From Eledone cirrhosa (Eukaryota): a stretch of 64,000 bases of DNA. The stretch is taken from assembly GCA_964016885.1 (NCBI GenBank), contig OZ024742.1:117924001-117988000 (forward strand). Reading direction: 5' to 3'. A model generated the notes under the pieces. It worked only from the letters and a program-made list of their open reading frames with translations, was not told the DNA's origin and did not search any database. This document shows positions 39,454 to 54,576 of this stretch, in pieces; within the stretch, counting starts at the first letter, position 1, and every line of letters starts with the position of its first letter. Position numbers and translations under genes: made by a program.

Positions 39454-40390
39454 AATTAGAGAGACAGAACTCTGAGATGCTGAAATTGAGATAAGTTTGT
39501 AGTTACCCAGGTTAGAGAACTTACTTCTCTTTGAGATGAGACACACTGTGACACGTTTTCAAAGCACAAGGTAGATCATCATCAAGTGAAGTCAGATTAA
39601 AAGAGTTTGGCGAGAATATGGTTTAGCTCGGGTGTGCCATGGTTAAAGCAAATGTTAGTTTCAAACTATTGGAAGTGTTTTCTACTTAGTGCGTATGTGT
39701 ACGTGGTGATGAGGGACTTTGGTTATGCAAGAAATGGGAATGACCATACTGGATGGGTCGAGAGTGAATCACAGTTGATCCCAGAAATATCTTACAGCTA
39801 GTGAAGCACCGAATAAATAGCTGATCTGAAGTGCCATATGGTTCGGCAAACAAAGAATATGTACGCCCGGGCCGCACGTGGTTGCGTTGTGAGTGACTTT
39901 CATTAGGTAGCGGTTGAAAGATTTAATAACTGAAGAGGTATTAGTAGTTTGATGAAGGCTGTGTTTGAAGGTCTGAAATACTATAGATGTGAGGCGTCTG
40001 AAGTATCTCTATATCGATGAGAATTACATATTGATTTTGTTTTAAGTAGGCACAAAACTGGAGAGATTCTTAAATAGCTATTGTATGACGTCCATGTCAT
40101 TCTTAAAAGATTTAGCAACTTAAATGAATTAAATTTATTAAAAAGAATCTAAATCTGGGAAGAGGCAGAATTGGCTCTCAAGGATATTAGTTCTTTCACA
40201 GCGATGCCTATCAAAATCAATAGTGGTGCAGATTTAAAATAATCGATATTTTCTTTATAAAAGAATACAATATGAATATTTTAAAGTTTTCTTCAGTGTT
40301 CTCGCTGCACTATTTTTATTTTCCCATTATGTCATAGAAACACAACAACGTCAACAACAACAACAATAAAAACAAACTCAAAATAATTCA

Positions 40391-40464
<74 letters not shown>

Positions 40465-40473
40465 AATGGACAA

Positions 40474-40561
40474 GAGGCGAATTGGCAGAACCGTTAGAGC
40501 GCAGGAAAATGTTTTACGGTATTTATTTCGGCTCTTTGCGTTCTGAATTGAAATCACGCTG
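40474..40561 (+). mobile_element. Older SINE tRNA-like head
   Basis: ggcggaattggcagaaccgttagagcg..ttctgaattgaaatc, after (CTA)n 40391-40464. Confidence 0.55.
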
Positions 40562-41801
40562 TGACCTGCTTGTGTAGTAGAATAACCCGTTGTCCCGTTT
40601 ACCCACCCTCTCTGGCCCACGTGTGCCTTTAAAAGGGTCTACTCTATGACAAGCATTCTGACAAGGTGTCTCGTTTGAAGATACCTTCATCATCACTCCA
40701 ACGAGTTTCGATGTTTATGAAAAGTGTCATAGACATCGCGATCCTATTTGACTGAACACTACAGAAAAAAAAAGAAGGAAAAAAGCAGTATTGCTAAATT
40801 TATTATTTAGACACAAAACCAGAATATCATTAGCGGGCATATAATATTGTGAAAAGTTAATGTATTACTGTTGCTGTTACTGTCGCTATAATCACCACCA
40901 TCATCATCATTATAACTACCACTATAATCACTATTACCAACACTGCCAATAGCAACTATTACAGTCACCTCTACTACTATCACGAAAGCTGTTAAGAAAA
41001 TCATAATCACTCCACTACTACCACACCTAACACCGCCACCATCACCAACGCCGCCAGCACCATCAGCAACATCAACATAGACAACAACACAATGACAGCA
41101 ACAACAATCTCTCAAGTATCGACATCGACACTAAAATCAGCATCACTTGTAGTATTCAGCATCACTAATACTACTATAAGGAACATTAAACATTATTGCT
41201 GTCAACACAATCACTCTTGTCTCACAACACATAAACACAATACAGCCGACATCAGTATTACCACCACAACCATAACCACAACCACCATCATCACCACCAC
41301 CACCACCACAACCAACACCACTACTACCCTCAACACCAAAAGTACTATCACTATATCCACCACTATAACTAGAGTAAACACTACTAACGTCAGTCAGTAC
41401 ATCACCTCACCAACACTACAACCACAACCCCAACCAATACCACTACTATGACCCCTACCACAACCACCATTATCTCCACCCTCCACACCACACACAATAC
41501 CAACACTGTATCCATCACCATGACTAGGGTAAGGACTATTAGAGTCAGTATACCGTAACCACCCCCAACACTACAACCACAACCACAACCACAACCACAG
41601 CAACAACCACCGCCATCTCCAAAATACCATCACTATACAAGCCTTCCTAAAGGAGCTTTTGGGGTTTAAGCACCCCGCCGCCAATAATTTATTTCAATAT
41701 ACTTGTGCTTTGGATTTTCTATTGACTCTAAATATTTTAGTATGGTCACGTTATTTCTTTCTTAGTCTCGTATTGGGATTAAAAAAAAGAGCGAGCTATC
41801 A

Positions 41802-42338
41802 ATAATGTTTCTACTTTTGGCACAAAGCCAGCAATTATACCAGTGTATTACTGGTACTTTATTTTGTCGACCCCGTACAGATAAAAGGCAAACTTAACCT
41901 TGACGGGATTTGAACTCAGACCGTAAAGGGGCGTAACTCTATGCGTCCGACGCTCTACCGATACTGCTAATAATTGTTTCTTCGTTTGGCACAAGGTCAG
42001 CAATAACCCAGTACATTACTGGTACTTTATTTTATCAACCCCGTAAGGATGAAAGGCAAAGTTAACCTTGACGGCATTTGAACTCAGACCCTAAAGGGAA
42101 GTAACTTTATGCTATAAAGCATGGCGTCCGACGCTCTACCGATACTGTTAATAGTAATAATTGTTTCTATTTTAGGCATAAGGCCAGCAATTACCCAGTA
42201 CATTACTGGTACTTTATTTTATCGACCCCGTAAGGATGAAAGGCAAAGTTAACCTCGGCGGGATTTGAACTCAGATCATAAAGGGACGTAACTCTATGCT
42301 TCAAAGCATGGTGTCCGACTCTCTACTGATACTGCCAA
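41802..42338 (-). mobile_element. Tandem trimer of Meta-type SINE
   Basis: Copies 41802-41968, 41969-42147, 42155-42338, each starting at aataat on the plus strand. Confidence 0.9.
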
Positions 42339-42399
42339 AGTATATATACTTAAGCCTGCACCCAATCTCAAAACTGTAACTGAAGCTCTGTTATATGAA

Positions 42400-45300
42400 C
42401 CACTATAACTAGGGTAACCATTACTATAGTCAGTACACCAGAGACCCCCACCCCACCCCATACACACACACACACCACAACCAACACCACCACAACAATC
42501 AACAACGCCCCCACAACTACCATAGCCACAACCACGACATCCACCACCACCACCACCACCACCACCACGACAACACAATCACCATCGCAACCACCACAAC
42601 CACAACCAACACCACAACCACCACAACCAACACCACCACCACCACCACAACACAATCACCATCGCAACCACCACAACCACAACGAACACCACAACCACCA
42701 CAACCAACACCACCACCACCACCACAAGCACCACCACCACAACCACCACCAACACCACCACAACAACCAACAATGCCCCCAACGACTACCACCATCACTA
42801 TCACCACCACCACTACCACCACACCACCACCACAACCAACACCACCACAACCACCACAACCACCACCAACACCACCACAACCACCACCACCACAACCACC
42901 ACAACCACCACCAACACCACCAGACCCACCACAACCACCACAACCAACACCACCACAACCAACACCACCACAACCACTACCACCACCACAACCAACACCA
43001 CCACAACCACCACCACCACCACAACCACCACTACCACAACCAACACCACCACCACAATGAACACCACCACCACAACCACCACTACCACAACCAACACCAC
43101 CACCACAACCAACACCACCACGACAACCAACACCACCACCACAACCACCACCACCACAACCACCACCACAACCAACACCACCACCACAACCACCACCACC
43201 AAAACCACCACCACCACAACCAACACCACCACCACAACCAACACCACCGCCACAACCAACACCACCACAACCAACACCAACACCACAACCAACACCACCA
43301 CAACCAACACCACCACAACCAACACCACCACCACAATCAACACCACCACAACCAACACCACCACCACAATCAACACCACCACAACCAACACCACCACCAC
43401 CACAACCACCACCACCAAAACCACCACCACAACCACGACCACCTCAACCACCACAACCAACACCAGCACTACCACAATCACCACCACCACCACAACCACC
43501 ACCACCACAACCACCAGAACCACCACCAACACCACCACAACCACCACCACCACCACCACAACCACCACCAACACCACCACAACCAACACCAACACCACCA
43601 CACCCACCACCACCACCACCACCACCACAACCAACACCACCACAACCAACACCACCACAACCACTACCACCACCACAACCAACACCACCACAACCACCAC
43701 CACCACCACAACCACCACTACTACAACCAACACCACCACCACAACCACCACCAACACAACCACCACCACAACCACCACCACCACAACCAACAACACCACC
43801 ACTACAACCACAACCACCACCATCACAACCAACACCGCTAGAACCAACCACCACCACCACCACAACCACCACCACCACAACCAACATCACCACAACCACC
43901 ACCACCACAACCAAAACCGCCACAACCAACCAACCACCACCACCACCACAACCACCACCACCACAACCAACATCACCACAACCACCACCACCACAACCAA
44001 CACCACCACCACCACAACCACCACAACCACCACCACCACAACCCCCACCCCCACCACAACCACCACCAGCACAACCACCATCACCACACCCAACACCACC
44101 ACCACAACCAACACCACCACCACAACCACCACCACCACAACCAACACCACCACCACAAATACCACCACCAACACCACAACCAACACCACCACAACCAACA
44201 CCGTCACCACAAACACCACCAGCACAACCAACACCCCCACAACCAACACCATCACAACACCACAACCACCACCACCACAACCAACACCACCAACACCACC
44301 ACAACCACGGCCACCACAACCACCACCACCTCCACCACCACAACCAACACCACCACTACCACAACCACCACCACCACCATAACCACCACCACCTCAACCA
44401 CCACAACAAACACCACCACCACAAATACCACCACCAACACCACAACCAACACCACCACAACCAACACCGTCACCACAAACACCACCAGCACAACCAACAC
44501 CCTCACAACCAACACCATCACCAACACCACAACCACCACCACCACAACCAACACCACCACCAACTCCACCACAACCACCACCACCTCAACCACCACAACA
44601 AACACCACCACAACAACCACCACCACCAACACCACCACAACCAACACCACCACTACCAAAACCACCACCACCACAACCAACACCACCAACACCACCACAA
44701 CCACGGCCACCACAACCACCACCACCTCCACCACCACAACCAACACCACCACTACCACAACCACCACCACCACCATAACCACCACCACCTCAACCACCAC
44801 AACAAACACCACCACAACAACCATCACCACAACCACCACCACCACAACCACCACCACCACCACCAACACCACCACCAACACCACCACAACCAATACCACC
44901 ACCACAACCATCACCACCACAACCAACACCATCTCCACCATCACCACCACAACCAACACCATCACAACCACCACAACCAACACCGCCACCACCACCACCA
45001 CCACCACCACCACCACCACCAAAACCACCAGAACCACCACCACCACAACCAACACCACCACCATCACCACCGCAACCAACACCATCTCCACCATCACCAC
45101 CACAACCACCACAACCAACACCACCACCACAACCAACACTACCACCACAACCACCACCCATACCACAACCACCACCACCACAACCAACACCACCACCAAC
45201 ACCCCCACAACCAATACCACCACCACCACAACCATCACCACCACAACCAACACCATCTCCGTCATCACCAACAACAATACCATCATTATAGCGACAACCA

Positions 45301-45460
45301 TAAGTACAGTAACAACTAATAGTGTTAATACAGTACAACTCCCCCACACACCACAACCAACACCAACACCACCACAACCAACACCACACCTCACCACCAC
45401 CGCCATAACGAGAGTAAGTGTCAGTACAGCACAATCTCCACCACAACCACTCACGCCAAT
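42400..45460. repeat. ~3 kb (CAC/CAA)-periodic low-complexity array; related tract at 40890-41640
   Basis: ccacaaccaacacca units, internal block duplications, frame switches. Confidence 0.95.
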
Positions 45461-45870
45461 GACCATTATATTTATCATAACGCTGTTGTTTGAACTGAAA
45501 AACGCCTTCATCACTCAGCAAATATCAATAAAGTTTCTATAACTAACCTCTCCAACATCATAATTAAGGAAGCTTCACAAACGTTACCACACACAAGACA
45601 AAACAATTGCCAGCTACAGTTCGGAGGCGGTTGACATACAAATGAAGAAATGATATCTGCTGTTAATCCATATGGGGTTTCAGAAAACAGTTAACAACTA
45701 GAGGATTCAGAACATACGGTAAGAGAGACACGTGAGTTACAAAATGGTGGTGTGAACGACAAAAGTCTAATGGAAGCTGTTAACGCTTGACAGATTGAAT
45801 TAAGTATCTATACAGATGTTTAATCGCCCGTTTGTTTAGAGAAACTCGCGGTAGAGGAGACTTGAAGATT

Positions 45871-45910
45871 AAAATAATAATTCTTTCTACTTTTGGCACA
45901 AAATAATAAT
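45871..45910 (-). mobile_element. Minimal ~20-nt SINE tail insertion with TSD aaaataataat
   Basis: ttctttctacttttggcac flanked by direct repeat. Confidence 0.7.
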
Positions 45911-46857
45911 GTAGTAATATAGATAATTTTAGAGAAATTTTTTACAACTTTCAAATTTAAATAAAATATTACACACACACACGCACACACAAACACACAT
46001 TCATCCACATATACACTCACACACACATACACACACAGAGACACGTGTGTAAAATTCCAGTGGATGTTATATATATTGATTTCTATAATTTCTTAACCTT
46101 TCTTGTTCCACTCTTACATAAAACGGTACACCTATAATACTTAACTCCATAACTTAATAAATATGAACATCTCTCCATTACTTACCACCACACCATGCCA
46201 TAGATTTGCCATATTCAGTGCACAACAAACACACAGACACTAACATAGCCAGTTCAATTTTACATTTTCAGTTATTTCCTTTTGCTAGACTATATTAATA
46301 ATATATGAGTATTTGTTTCATAAAGAAGCGTTTAGCACTCTATATTTTTTAACGGTATCTTCAAACTCGTCAAAGCCATTGATGACAAATTTGATCACTT
46401 TTACAATTTGGGGAGATGGTCATGATTGGACCATGAAACCACAGGTATAGTCATAATATAGTCATAATTATATTTTTAATCTACACGTGGCGTGAGCAAT
46501 AGCTGGCCGCTCATTCTTTGGGAACTAATATTTTTCTGGAACTTTAATATCTCTAATAATGATAGCAGCTCTTGGCTTCACCATTTGCCGACGTTAATGA
46601 ACGGTGCAGTTGATCATTTTCAATGCGTAAAATGAGACCATATAGGCCTTGTAAAAACTTAGTGGCGATGTAAGTATAATACTTATACTAACTCTGCAAG
46701 ATATTAGTTGTGTGGTTTCCTATGATATTGGCAGTCTGCAAAGCTTTGAGGTGTTGGATCTTTAGATCTAATCCTCACATACAGGCACATGAGCTTTATA
46801 TATTATACATCGATCTCTTTATATATATATATATATTTTTATCTTCACATTTATTAT

Positions 46858-46987
<130 letters not shown>

Positions 46988-47042
46988 AAGTTAAATAAAG
47001 TTAAATAAAAAGTCAAATGATTCAAATTTAGCTTCGTTTATT

Positions 47043-47097
47043 ACTGCTATATATATTTCAGTGACAGCCATATTTGGCTGTGACTTCTTCAGGCAGT
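47043..47097 (-). ncRNA. Minimal type I hammerhead ribozyme
   Basis: Minus strand: ACUGC CUGAAGA AGUCACAGCC AAAUAU GGCUGUCACU GAAA UAUAUA UA GCAGU AAUAAA. Confidence 0.9.
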
Positions 47098-48292
47098 TTG
47101 AATTAGTATGGTATAGACAAGTACATATGTTGTTTAGGTGTATAATATTGTCAATACTCTGATATACCCAGTTCCTGGTTGGGTTGTTATTTCACTGAGG
47201 AACTGGAATCATATAAATTCAAACAAACGAATTTCAGTGTCAGAGGTCCTCTTCTCCTCTCATTGGTCAATTATTAGAACATTCCTCATTCTAAGTGTTG
47301 TTATTGTTGGAGTTAGCTTAAAAATTGATAAAATGGCAGAAGGGACAAGGTGTTAAAGGAACAAAATAACAAAAAAAGTGTCAAACTTCCCATTGGTCAG
47401 TTCTGAGAGCATTCCTCAGTCAGAAGTCTATAGAATTCTTTCTGGGGTGAGACTCCCTGTAGTGTTTTTGTTTGCTATTGTTAAGTACATTTGACCTCTA
47501 CCATTATTTTGGTAGTGTTGTTGGTGTTGTGGTCAGCTTATATCTTGCTGCTGCTAACAATTTAGAAGTATCCAGTGTGTGTTTTTTCTTCATCCCTCCT
47601 GCCACCATCTCGCATAGTGGTGGTGGGGGGGTTCTTCCATGTATATGAAGAAATATAAGGCAATAAATGAAGAAAACAGAAAATAAATAAATAATATAAT
47701 AAAATAATTAATATAATTTGTATAATTTGAAAATAAATAAATAAATAGAGAATAAAGAATAAATGAAAAATTGGTGAAAAAGTAATGAAAATGAATATGG
47801 AGAAGTGAAAAATAGTGTAGGATAAAGTGTGTGTGTGCTATAACCAATCTCAAGGTCAGAAATATGTTGGATAGATTGGTATGAGGACAAGATGTTAAGA
47901 TAAGATAATCAAACTAAATGTGTTTGTGTTATAATCAATCTCAACTTAAAAATAAATATAAGGTGATACAGTGAAGAGGGCAGAAAACAAATAACAAATT
48001 AATAAAGAGAAATCAAGATTTAAAATTGGAACTTGAAAATCAGAAATCTAGTAAATTAAAAAGTGTTTGTGTTATATAGATGTTGGCCAAATTATAATGG
48101 CTGTGTCCGATTCTATCTCTAGGCTATCATGGTGTTTGCTCAGCCTGGGTTGTTCCCTATGGCTTGAGGGGAGTTCACAACCTAGGGTGTTGTTACTGCC
48201 CATATAGCTTGAGGGAGGTCTGGCCGAGAGGTGTTTTCATGTTCTGTAGAAGTCCCTATAGCTTGAGGGGAGTTCACATCTTCTTCTGTTGC

Positions 48293-50328
48293 TACGGTCC
48301 ATATATCTTGAGAAAGGTCCCGGCTCTAAGGTATCTGCATGTCCCGAAGAAGTCGGTTCTGAGGTTTATCAGGCCGCTTCCACCTCTTAGTAGCTCGAGG
48401 GTCTCGTTCAGGCATAGTTTGCATATGCAAGATCCCCCTTTATCGGGTGGGGTGGTACTTTCCTGATTATGTACCAGGCCAGAGAGTATGGGGTTCTGTC
48501 CAGCTTAAGCTTCCAGATCAGGTCGGAGAGAGCTGTGCTTTTCCTTTTGGTCTCCTTCTTGAATGAATGGCGATGGTTGTACCAGCGGTCTTTAAAGCTC
48601 GTTGATGTGGCTCCTATGTAGAGGTGTTCGGAGTTGGGGGTTTTAACCCTACAACCGTATACTAGGTTCTTCTTGAGGCATTCATTACCAATGGGGCATG
48701 ATTCGGGGTTTCTGCAGTTGCAGAGGGTGGTTGGCTTCTGCGTGCCTGGATTAGGGTTCCCGTTATGTGTTACATGTTGGTCTTCCCCCAGGCTCGGTGG
48801 GGGTCCTCGGGTCTGTTTGGGTTTCTTGGGTGGGCTCCGGGTCTCCCCTTCCCTCCTTTCACATGGTTCTGCTGAGTGTTTGTATTGCCATCTTCTGGTT
48901 GTGTGTGGTTTTTAAGCCTACTTCTGTTGATGCTAGCTATGTGTTGGGACAAATTTCTCGTGGTGGAATACGAGAGCTTCACAGTGTGTTTGTTGAAGAT
49001 CCTGTGGTATCTGTGGTCCCTCGGGAAGCATTTATCAAGTGCTCCAAAGAATAATCGGGCCAAGCTTTTCTTTAGGGCCGCTGAGTAGGGTGGGTTGTAC
49101 CACGTGATTTTTTGTTGTCTCCTCCTATATGTGTGGGTCGGGGGCGTCGTGATTTGTTGGAGATTTGTTGGGTTGCTGGTAGTTTCCGCACTGTTGCTTC
49201 CCCTTTGGGCTCTATGCTTTTTGTTATCTTCGCGGCCCGAATTTGTGGGGTGGTCGTTGTCCGCCCCGGGAGATCCATCGTGGGATGGTCGCCCTCCCTC
49301 CCTACGTGTCCTGCGGTTGGGGTCGTCTGTCCTGGGGTGGTTAGCGTCACGCCTGAGACTGCTACTCATATTGTGCTCCATCTCGTGGTCAAGCGCACTA
49401 GTCCCCACCGCCCGTGTGGTGGTGTCGGGCACATGGTGCCTATTTGATTCTGCTCTGCCTGTATTGTTAGGGTTCGCCCCCCCCCCAGGGCAACGCGGTT
49501 GTGGGTGTCTGTTGTGCTATCCCCATCCCGGCTTTTCGGACTATATGTTATATTTTGGCCATGTGCCGCCTTCTTTAGAGCTGCGTTGTAATATTCCGCG
49601 TGGTTATTGAATATTTCCTTACTTGCGGACAGGCTGGAGATCCTGTCCGAGACACTCTTCACCACTGCCTTGGTTATGGATCTAGGGTGGTTTGATTTGG
49701 CGTTAACATATACGAGTGTCTCGTTGGGCTTGTGGTAGGGGTAGTATTGCTCGGTGTTCAGGTTTAGGGTGGTGTCTAGGAAGTTAACTACCTTCCTATT
49801 TGGGTCTATTTCTATGCTGAGCCCCTGGTTCTTAAAGAAATGGCGAATACGCCTCCTCATACCCTCCAACATATTGGTGATGTGGTCATATACTGTGAAT
49901 AGAGCATCGTCACGATATAATCCGCCGCCCAGGCAGGGGATTTCATTTTTTCTCTGAGTCGTGATCTCAAAGTCTTTTGGCCAATCACTCCTGGTCCAAA
50001 GGTCTCCATCGAAGCGGATTAAGGTCTTTATTGCGGCGTGGATGATGCTCACCTCCTCTCGGGTTAGGTCCGTATTGGACATCGCTAAAAATAGGGCCTT
50101 ATTAAGTACTATGGGTGAGATTGAGGAGTAGTAGCTTGCGATGTCCAGTTGTATAAAGCTGGTCCTACTTTTCTCATGCAGTATTTTAAACCATTCTATT
50201 ACTTCTCCCGTGCATGACCATTGCTGTAATTTAGTTTTCTTCCGAAGCTTGGGCAAAATCCTATCCAGTATTCTTTTACTGACGATCCCTAGGTCAGATC
50301 TGGAGGGGGCTATTAGTCTGACAGGGAG
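48293..50328 (-). pseudogene. PLE RT + GIY-YIG endonuclease (frameshifted, internal deletion in RT)
   Basis: VRLIAPSRSDLG.VSK.ILD, QQW..T.EVIEWF, LDIASYY, GLYRDD, NFLD, YHKPN, SNHP; WYNPPYS; CNCRNPESCP..CL..LVY..LYIGAT..FKDRWYNH..CKLCLNE. Confidence 0.9.
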
Positions 50329-50512
50329 GTCACAGCCAAAGATGGCTGTCACTGAAATATATATAGCAGTAATAAACGAAGCTAAATTTTAATCATTTGA
50401 CTTTTTATTTAACTTTATTTTACACTACTCCGGAGTAACGAAACCAACCTGCGCACTTCGTCGAGTGCTCCAGCCTGCATACTGAGGTGTTGGTATACAA
50501 CCAGCATAAACT

Positions 50513-50572
<60 letters not shown>

Positions 50573-51257
50573 TAATAATAAATGTGAAGACTAAAATCCA
50601 AAGAGGGCTCGATAAGGATAAATATATATCAAATATATAAGAGCCATAGAGCAAATATTTATTAAAATAACAGATTAAAGTTTAAGCAAAGAATCGCTGC
50701 TTTCAACCTGATAATATGTGAAAGCAGCGATTCTTTGCTTAAATTTCCTTTTCTCTCTCCTTTTGTTCTCTCTTTTTCTCTCTCCTTTTCCACCTGGCCT
50801 TTTGATTAATAAAAGGCCTCGGGCGCACCCGAACTACACCGATGTCCTGTAATTCAGCGCCTAAACATCGGTTCGGGATACATTTACAGCTGACGATGGA
50901 AACTACTTTCTTCCTCTCTCCTCCTGTTCCGTCCTAAACACCATCCTAAACCTTGTTTTTAGTAACCACACAGCTCCTTTCGTTTCATAAATTTATATAT
51001 ATATATTGTTATACTCTGCTATGTATTGAGTACCTCACTTACTGTGGTTACCTCCGATTCAACCCGGAATAACGTATTATATATATATATATATATATAG
51101 ATATATAGATATAAATATATTAGAAAGTGAGGTTTTTTTTACAAAATGAAAAATAACGGAGGTGTCCTACACGAGTGAAAGTATAAAGAAAAAGAGATGA
51201 AATCGAAAATGCAACTGGAATCTTATTTAAAAAAAAAAGATATATATTTATTTGGTT

Positions 51258-51295
51258 CCTTTACCGGTTTCGCAGTTATTCTGCTTTTCAAAAGG
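51258..51295 (-). ncRNA. Minimal hammerhead, U3-A8 variant (38 nt)
   Basis: Minus strand: CCUU UUGAAAA GCAG AAUAA CUGC GAAA CCGG UA AAGG; related decayed copy at 10199-10232. Confidence 0.8.
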
Positions 51296-51807
51296 TGAGT
51301 TGAGATGGAGGGTCTGTGGTTTTTCTCACATCTGGTTGGTCTCTGAATGTTACTTGTTTTATATGGAAAAAGTGGCTCGAAATGCCAGGTTTTTCGAGAA
51401 GTAATTTGATTGGTTTGTCAATAATTATAATAAATTTCGCGCCAGTTCGCGTTACAATAGTTCTTCAAATAAGAGGGGGAGGGTTGTCACAGGTTGTTTT
51501 TTCATATATGAGTGTTTGAATTTCTTTTTACTTGAAAAAAGGGGCTCACGAAGGCTTTTTTTGGTTGGTTATAAATGAAATTATGGCTGTCACGTGAACA
51601 AGTTTTCATTAAATTTCCGTGCCCTTATTTGGAAATCCATTCTGTAGCCTTTTTAGAGAATTTTATGATAAGTGAAAGATAATGGTCAAGAGAAAGGGAT
51701 GGGAGCATTGTTCTGGTTCAGTGAATATGGTTAGTTCGCTTGGGTGTCAGAATTCAGATTTTCTATTGAATAAAGAAAGTAAAGATATGTATGTTTATTT
51801 GTGTGCT

Positions 51808-51838
<31 letters not shown>

Positions 51839-52134
51839 TTGAATTTCTTTACTTTAAAAAAAGGTGGCTCACGAAGGCTTTTTTTTAATAAACGTGATTT
51901 GATTGGTTATAAATGAAATTTGGCTGTCACGTGAACAAGTTTTCATTACATTTTTGCGCCCTTATTTGGAAATCTATTCTGTAGCCTTTATAGAGAATGT
52001 TATGATAATAAAAAGATAGTGGTCAAGAGAAATGGGATTGGGAGAATTGTTCTGGTTCAGTGAATATGGCTAGTTCACTGGGTGTCAGAGTTCAGATTTT
52101 CTATTGAAGTAGATATGTATGTTTATTTGTGTGC

Positions 52135-52168
<34 letters not shown>

Positions 52169-52546
52169 TGGAAGATGATTCTATTAGTAGAAATGGGGGA
52201 GGGAGTTGTGTGTGTGTGTATATGGGTGTTATGTGTGTGTGTGCGAGTATGTTAAGATGGAGAGAATATATATTTTGTGTGTGTGTATATATGTGTGTAG
52301 GAATGTGGTTCTATTAGCAGAAATGGGGGAGGGGAGTTGTGGGTGTGGGGGTTGTTATGTGTGTGTATGGGTGTTATGTGTGTGGGAGTATGGTTAGCAT
52401 GTTAAGATGAAGAGAATATATATATATATATTGTGTGTGTGTGTGTGTGTGTGTAGCAAAATGATTCCTTTAGTAGGAATATTTTTGAGTGAACATATTT
52501 TACTTACTTATTCGTATTTGTTCTGTTGTATTGTCAGTGCAAACGT

Positions 52547-53320
52547 ATGTCAACAACGACACTATTATTGTGTATTTCGATGTAGTGAATCTCTACACAA
52601 CGATCCCACACCAATACGGACTAGAAGCAATAGGATTCTGGCTAGAGAAATATCCCAATGAGATACTTGACAGAATAGAAAAAAGCTTCATCACCGAGGG
52701 ATTAAAATTCATCTTACAGAACAACTTTTTTGATTTCGATGGCAATACTTACAAGCAAATATCGGGGACTGCGATGGGTACAAAAGCCGCTCCAACTTAT
52801 GCCAACTTAGTCATGGCATACCTAGAAGTCCAGATATATGAACAGTCCAAATCAAAATACGGATTGAACTTCCACAAATATTTATCAGAGAATTGGAAAC
52901 GCTACTTGGATGATTGCCTCATTCTTTGGTCCCACACACTCGACCAACTGAAGGATTTCAAAAACTTAATAAACGGCATCAATAACCACATCCAATTCAC
53001 AATGGAATACAGCCAAGATCAACTCCCATTTCTGGACATCTTAATCTTAAAAAAAGACACAAATATCGAAACTGACATACACTACAAACCAACAGATTCC
53101 AAACAATATCTGCTATTCACCTCCACCCATCCAAAGCACACGAAGACGAACATTCCTTTTAACCTAGCAAGAAGAATTTGCACAATTGTTTCCAATTATG
53201 AAACGCGAAATAAAAGACTTCAAGAATTAAAGGAAATTCTACTCGAGAGAGAGTACCCACTATTACTAATAAATAATGGAATAGAAAGGGCTAAAGCAAT
53301 AGGCATTGATGAATTACGGA
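52547..53320 (+). pseudogene. PLE (Neptune-like) reverse transcriptase fragment, open frame
   Basis: DVVNLYTTIPH, GTAMGTKAAPTYANL, RYLDD, IQFTME, LPFLD, YKPTD, STHP; both ends of the called ORF run into unrelated repeat. Confidence 0.9.
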
Positions 53321-54144
53321 AACATATTCTGGTATATATGGTTTGGCTATGTGTATACGGGAGTTTTGCGTCTGTGTGAGCATGCAGGTTCGTACGTATG
53401 GCGGGTGTGTGTATATGTGTACTTCATGTTTTGGTTGACTTACGTCTCCGAACATTCGTGTGTTTATATGAAGGTACGCTTGTTATATACGTATTTATTT
53501 ATTTATATACGTTTATATAATTATTTATTTATTTGTATACACGCATACACACACACACATATTTATATATGCGGGGTTTTGTATACCTATGGTAAGTTTT
53601 TGCGTATGCTCGTGTATGTACGTATTTGTTTACGTGTATGTATTTATTTATTTCTATTACTTCTGTATTGTATTTATTTACTTTGTTCTTAACTCTGTAG
53701 CGGTGATTCATTTGGTCTCCTTGTTAGAATTTTAGTCTACGACTTCTGCTATACCATTTACGTGGTTTTGTCTTTGCGTGCTATTGTTCTCCACGCTCCA
53801 CATATGACCTATTATCTTCTTTTTTCGTTCATTGCCAGAGAACGTCTCTATGCACCACCTAAGAGAACATTAGTCTACGACCTCTTTTATACCATAAACG
53901 TGGTTCTGTCTTTGCGCGTAATTGCTTTTCACCGCTCCTATTAATGACGTATTATATTCGTTTTTTCCCGTTCTTTGTCAGCGAACGTTTCCACGAACCA
54001 AAGTATCGTCTTCCTGTCTTCCTCCGGTTGCAACGTTTTTTGAAATATCCAGTTCTGCGTTTACAGATTGACTTTGTTAGTTTCAGAAGATCCCGTTAAG
54101 GGTGAAAGCGGCGATTCTTTGCTTAAAATTTAATCTGTTATTTT

Positions 54145-54244
<100 letters not shown>

Positions 54245-54469
54245 GGGATAACAAGTTATCGTTAAAGGCAATCCACTTAGAGGTAGTCCAGTTAGACTAC
54301 TCTGTATTGTGGATAGTGTTAACGTATGGTTTAGTTTGACTCAACAAGACGCTTCCATAGTGATGCAGCGAGTTCACAGTGATTTCTAAGTAGGTTATAC
54401 TTGGAGTAATAATAATTCAAGAAATAAGAGTAACATGGTTGTCTGTACAATAAGGGCTTTATTCACAGT

Positions 54470-54576
54470 GCTGACAATTGTTTCCTTGATCTGGTAGGTC
54501 TAGAGTTCGCTAATCACTAGATGTTGCGTCAATCGATCTCCAATACTTTCTTTAAAACCAGTTAATTCATCAGAGC
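54470..54576 (-). ncRNA. Type I hammerhead with long stem II
   Basis: Reverse complement of 58270-58376. Confidence 0.8.

Noticed and set aside
38700-40250. Possible very old LINE relic
   Set aside because: Only faint peptide resemblance across many stops; not supportable by eye.
43057-44382. 441-aa Thr-rich ORF as a mucin exon
   Set aside because: CAC/CAA repeats lack stops by composition; the register switches among Thr, His and Pro/Gln frames; no signal peptide or clear splice context.
50886-50965. CTGACGA as another hammerhead (also 58530-58605 minus, 10131-10180, 54080-54118)
   Set aside because: GAAA or stem I could not be completed; at best decayed copies.
52489-53379. Telomerase or domesticated RT gene
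   Set aside because: Motifs are PLE-type; the ORF termini come from flanking repeat sequence; the fragment lacks the N-terminus and endonuclease.
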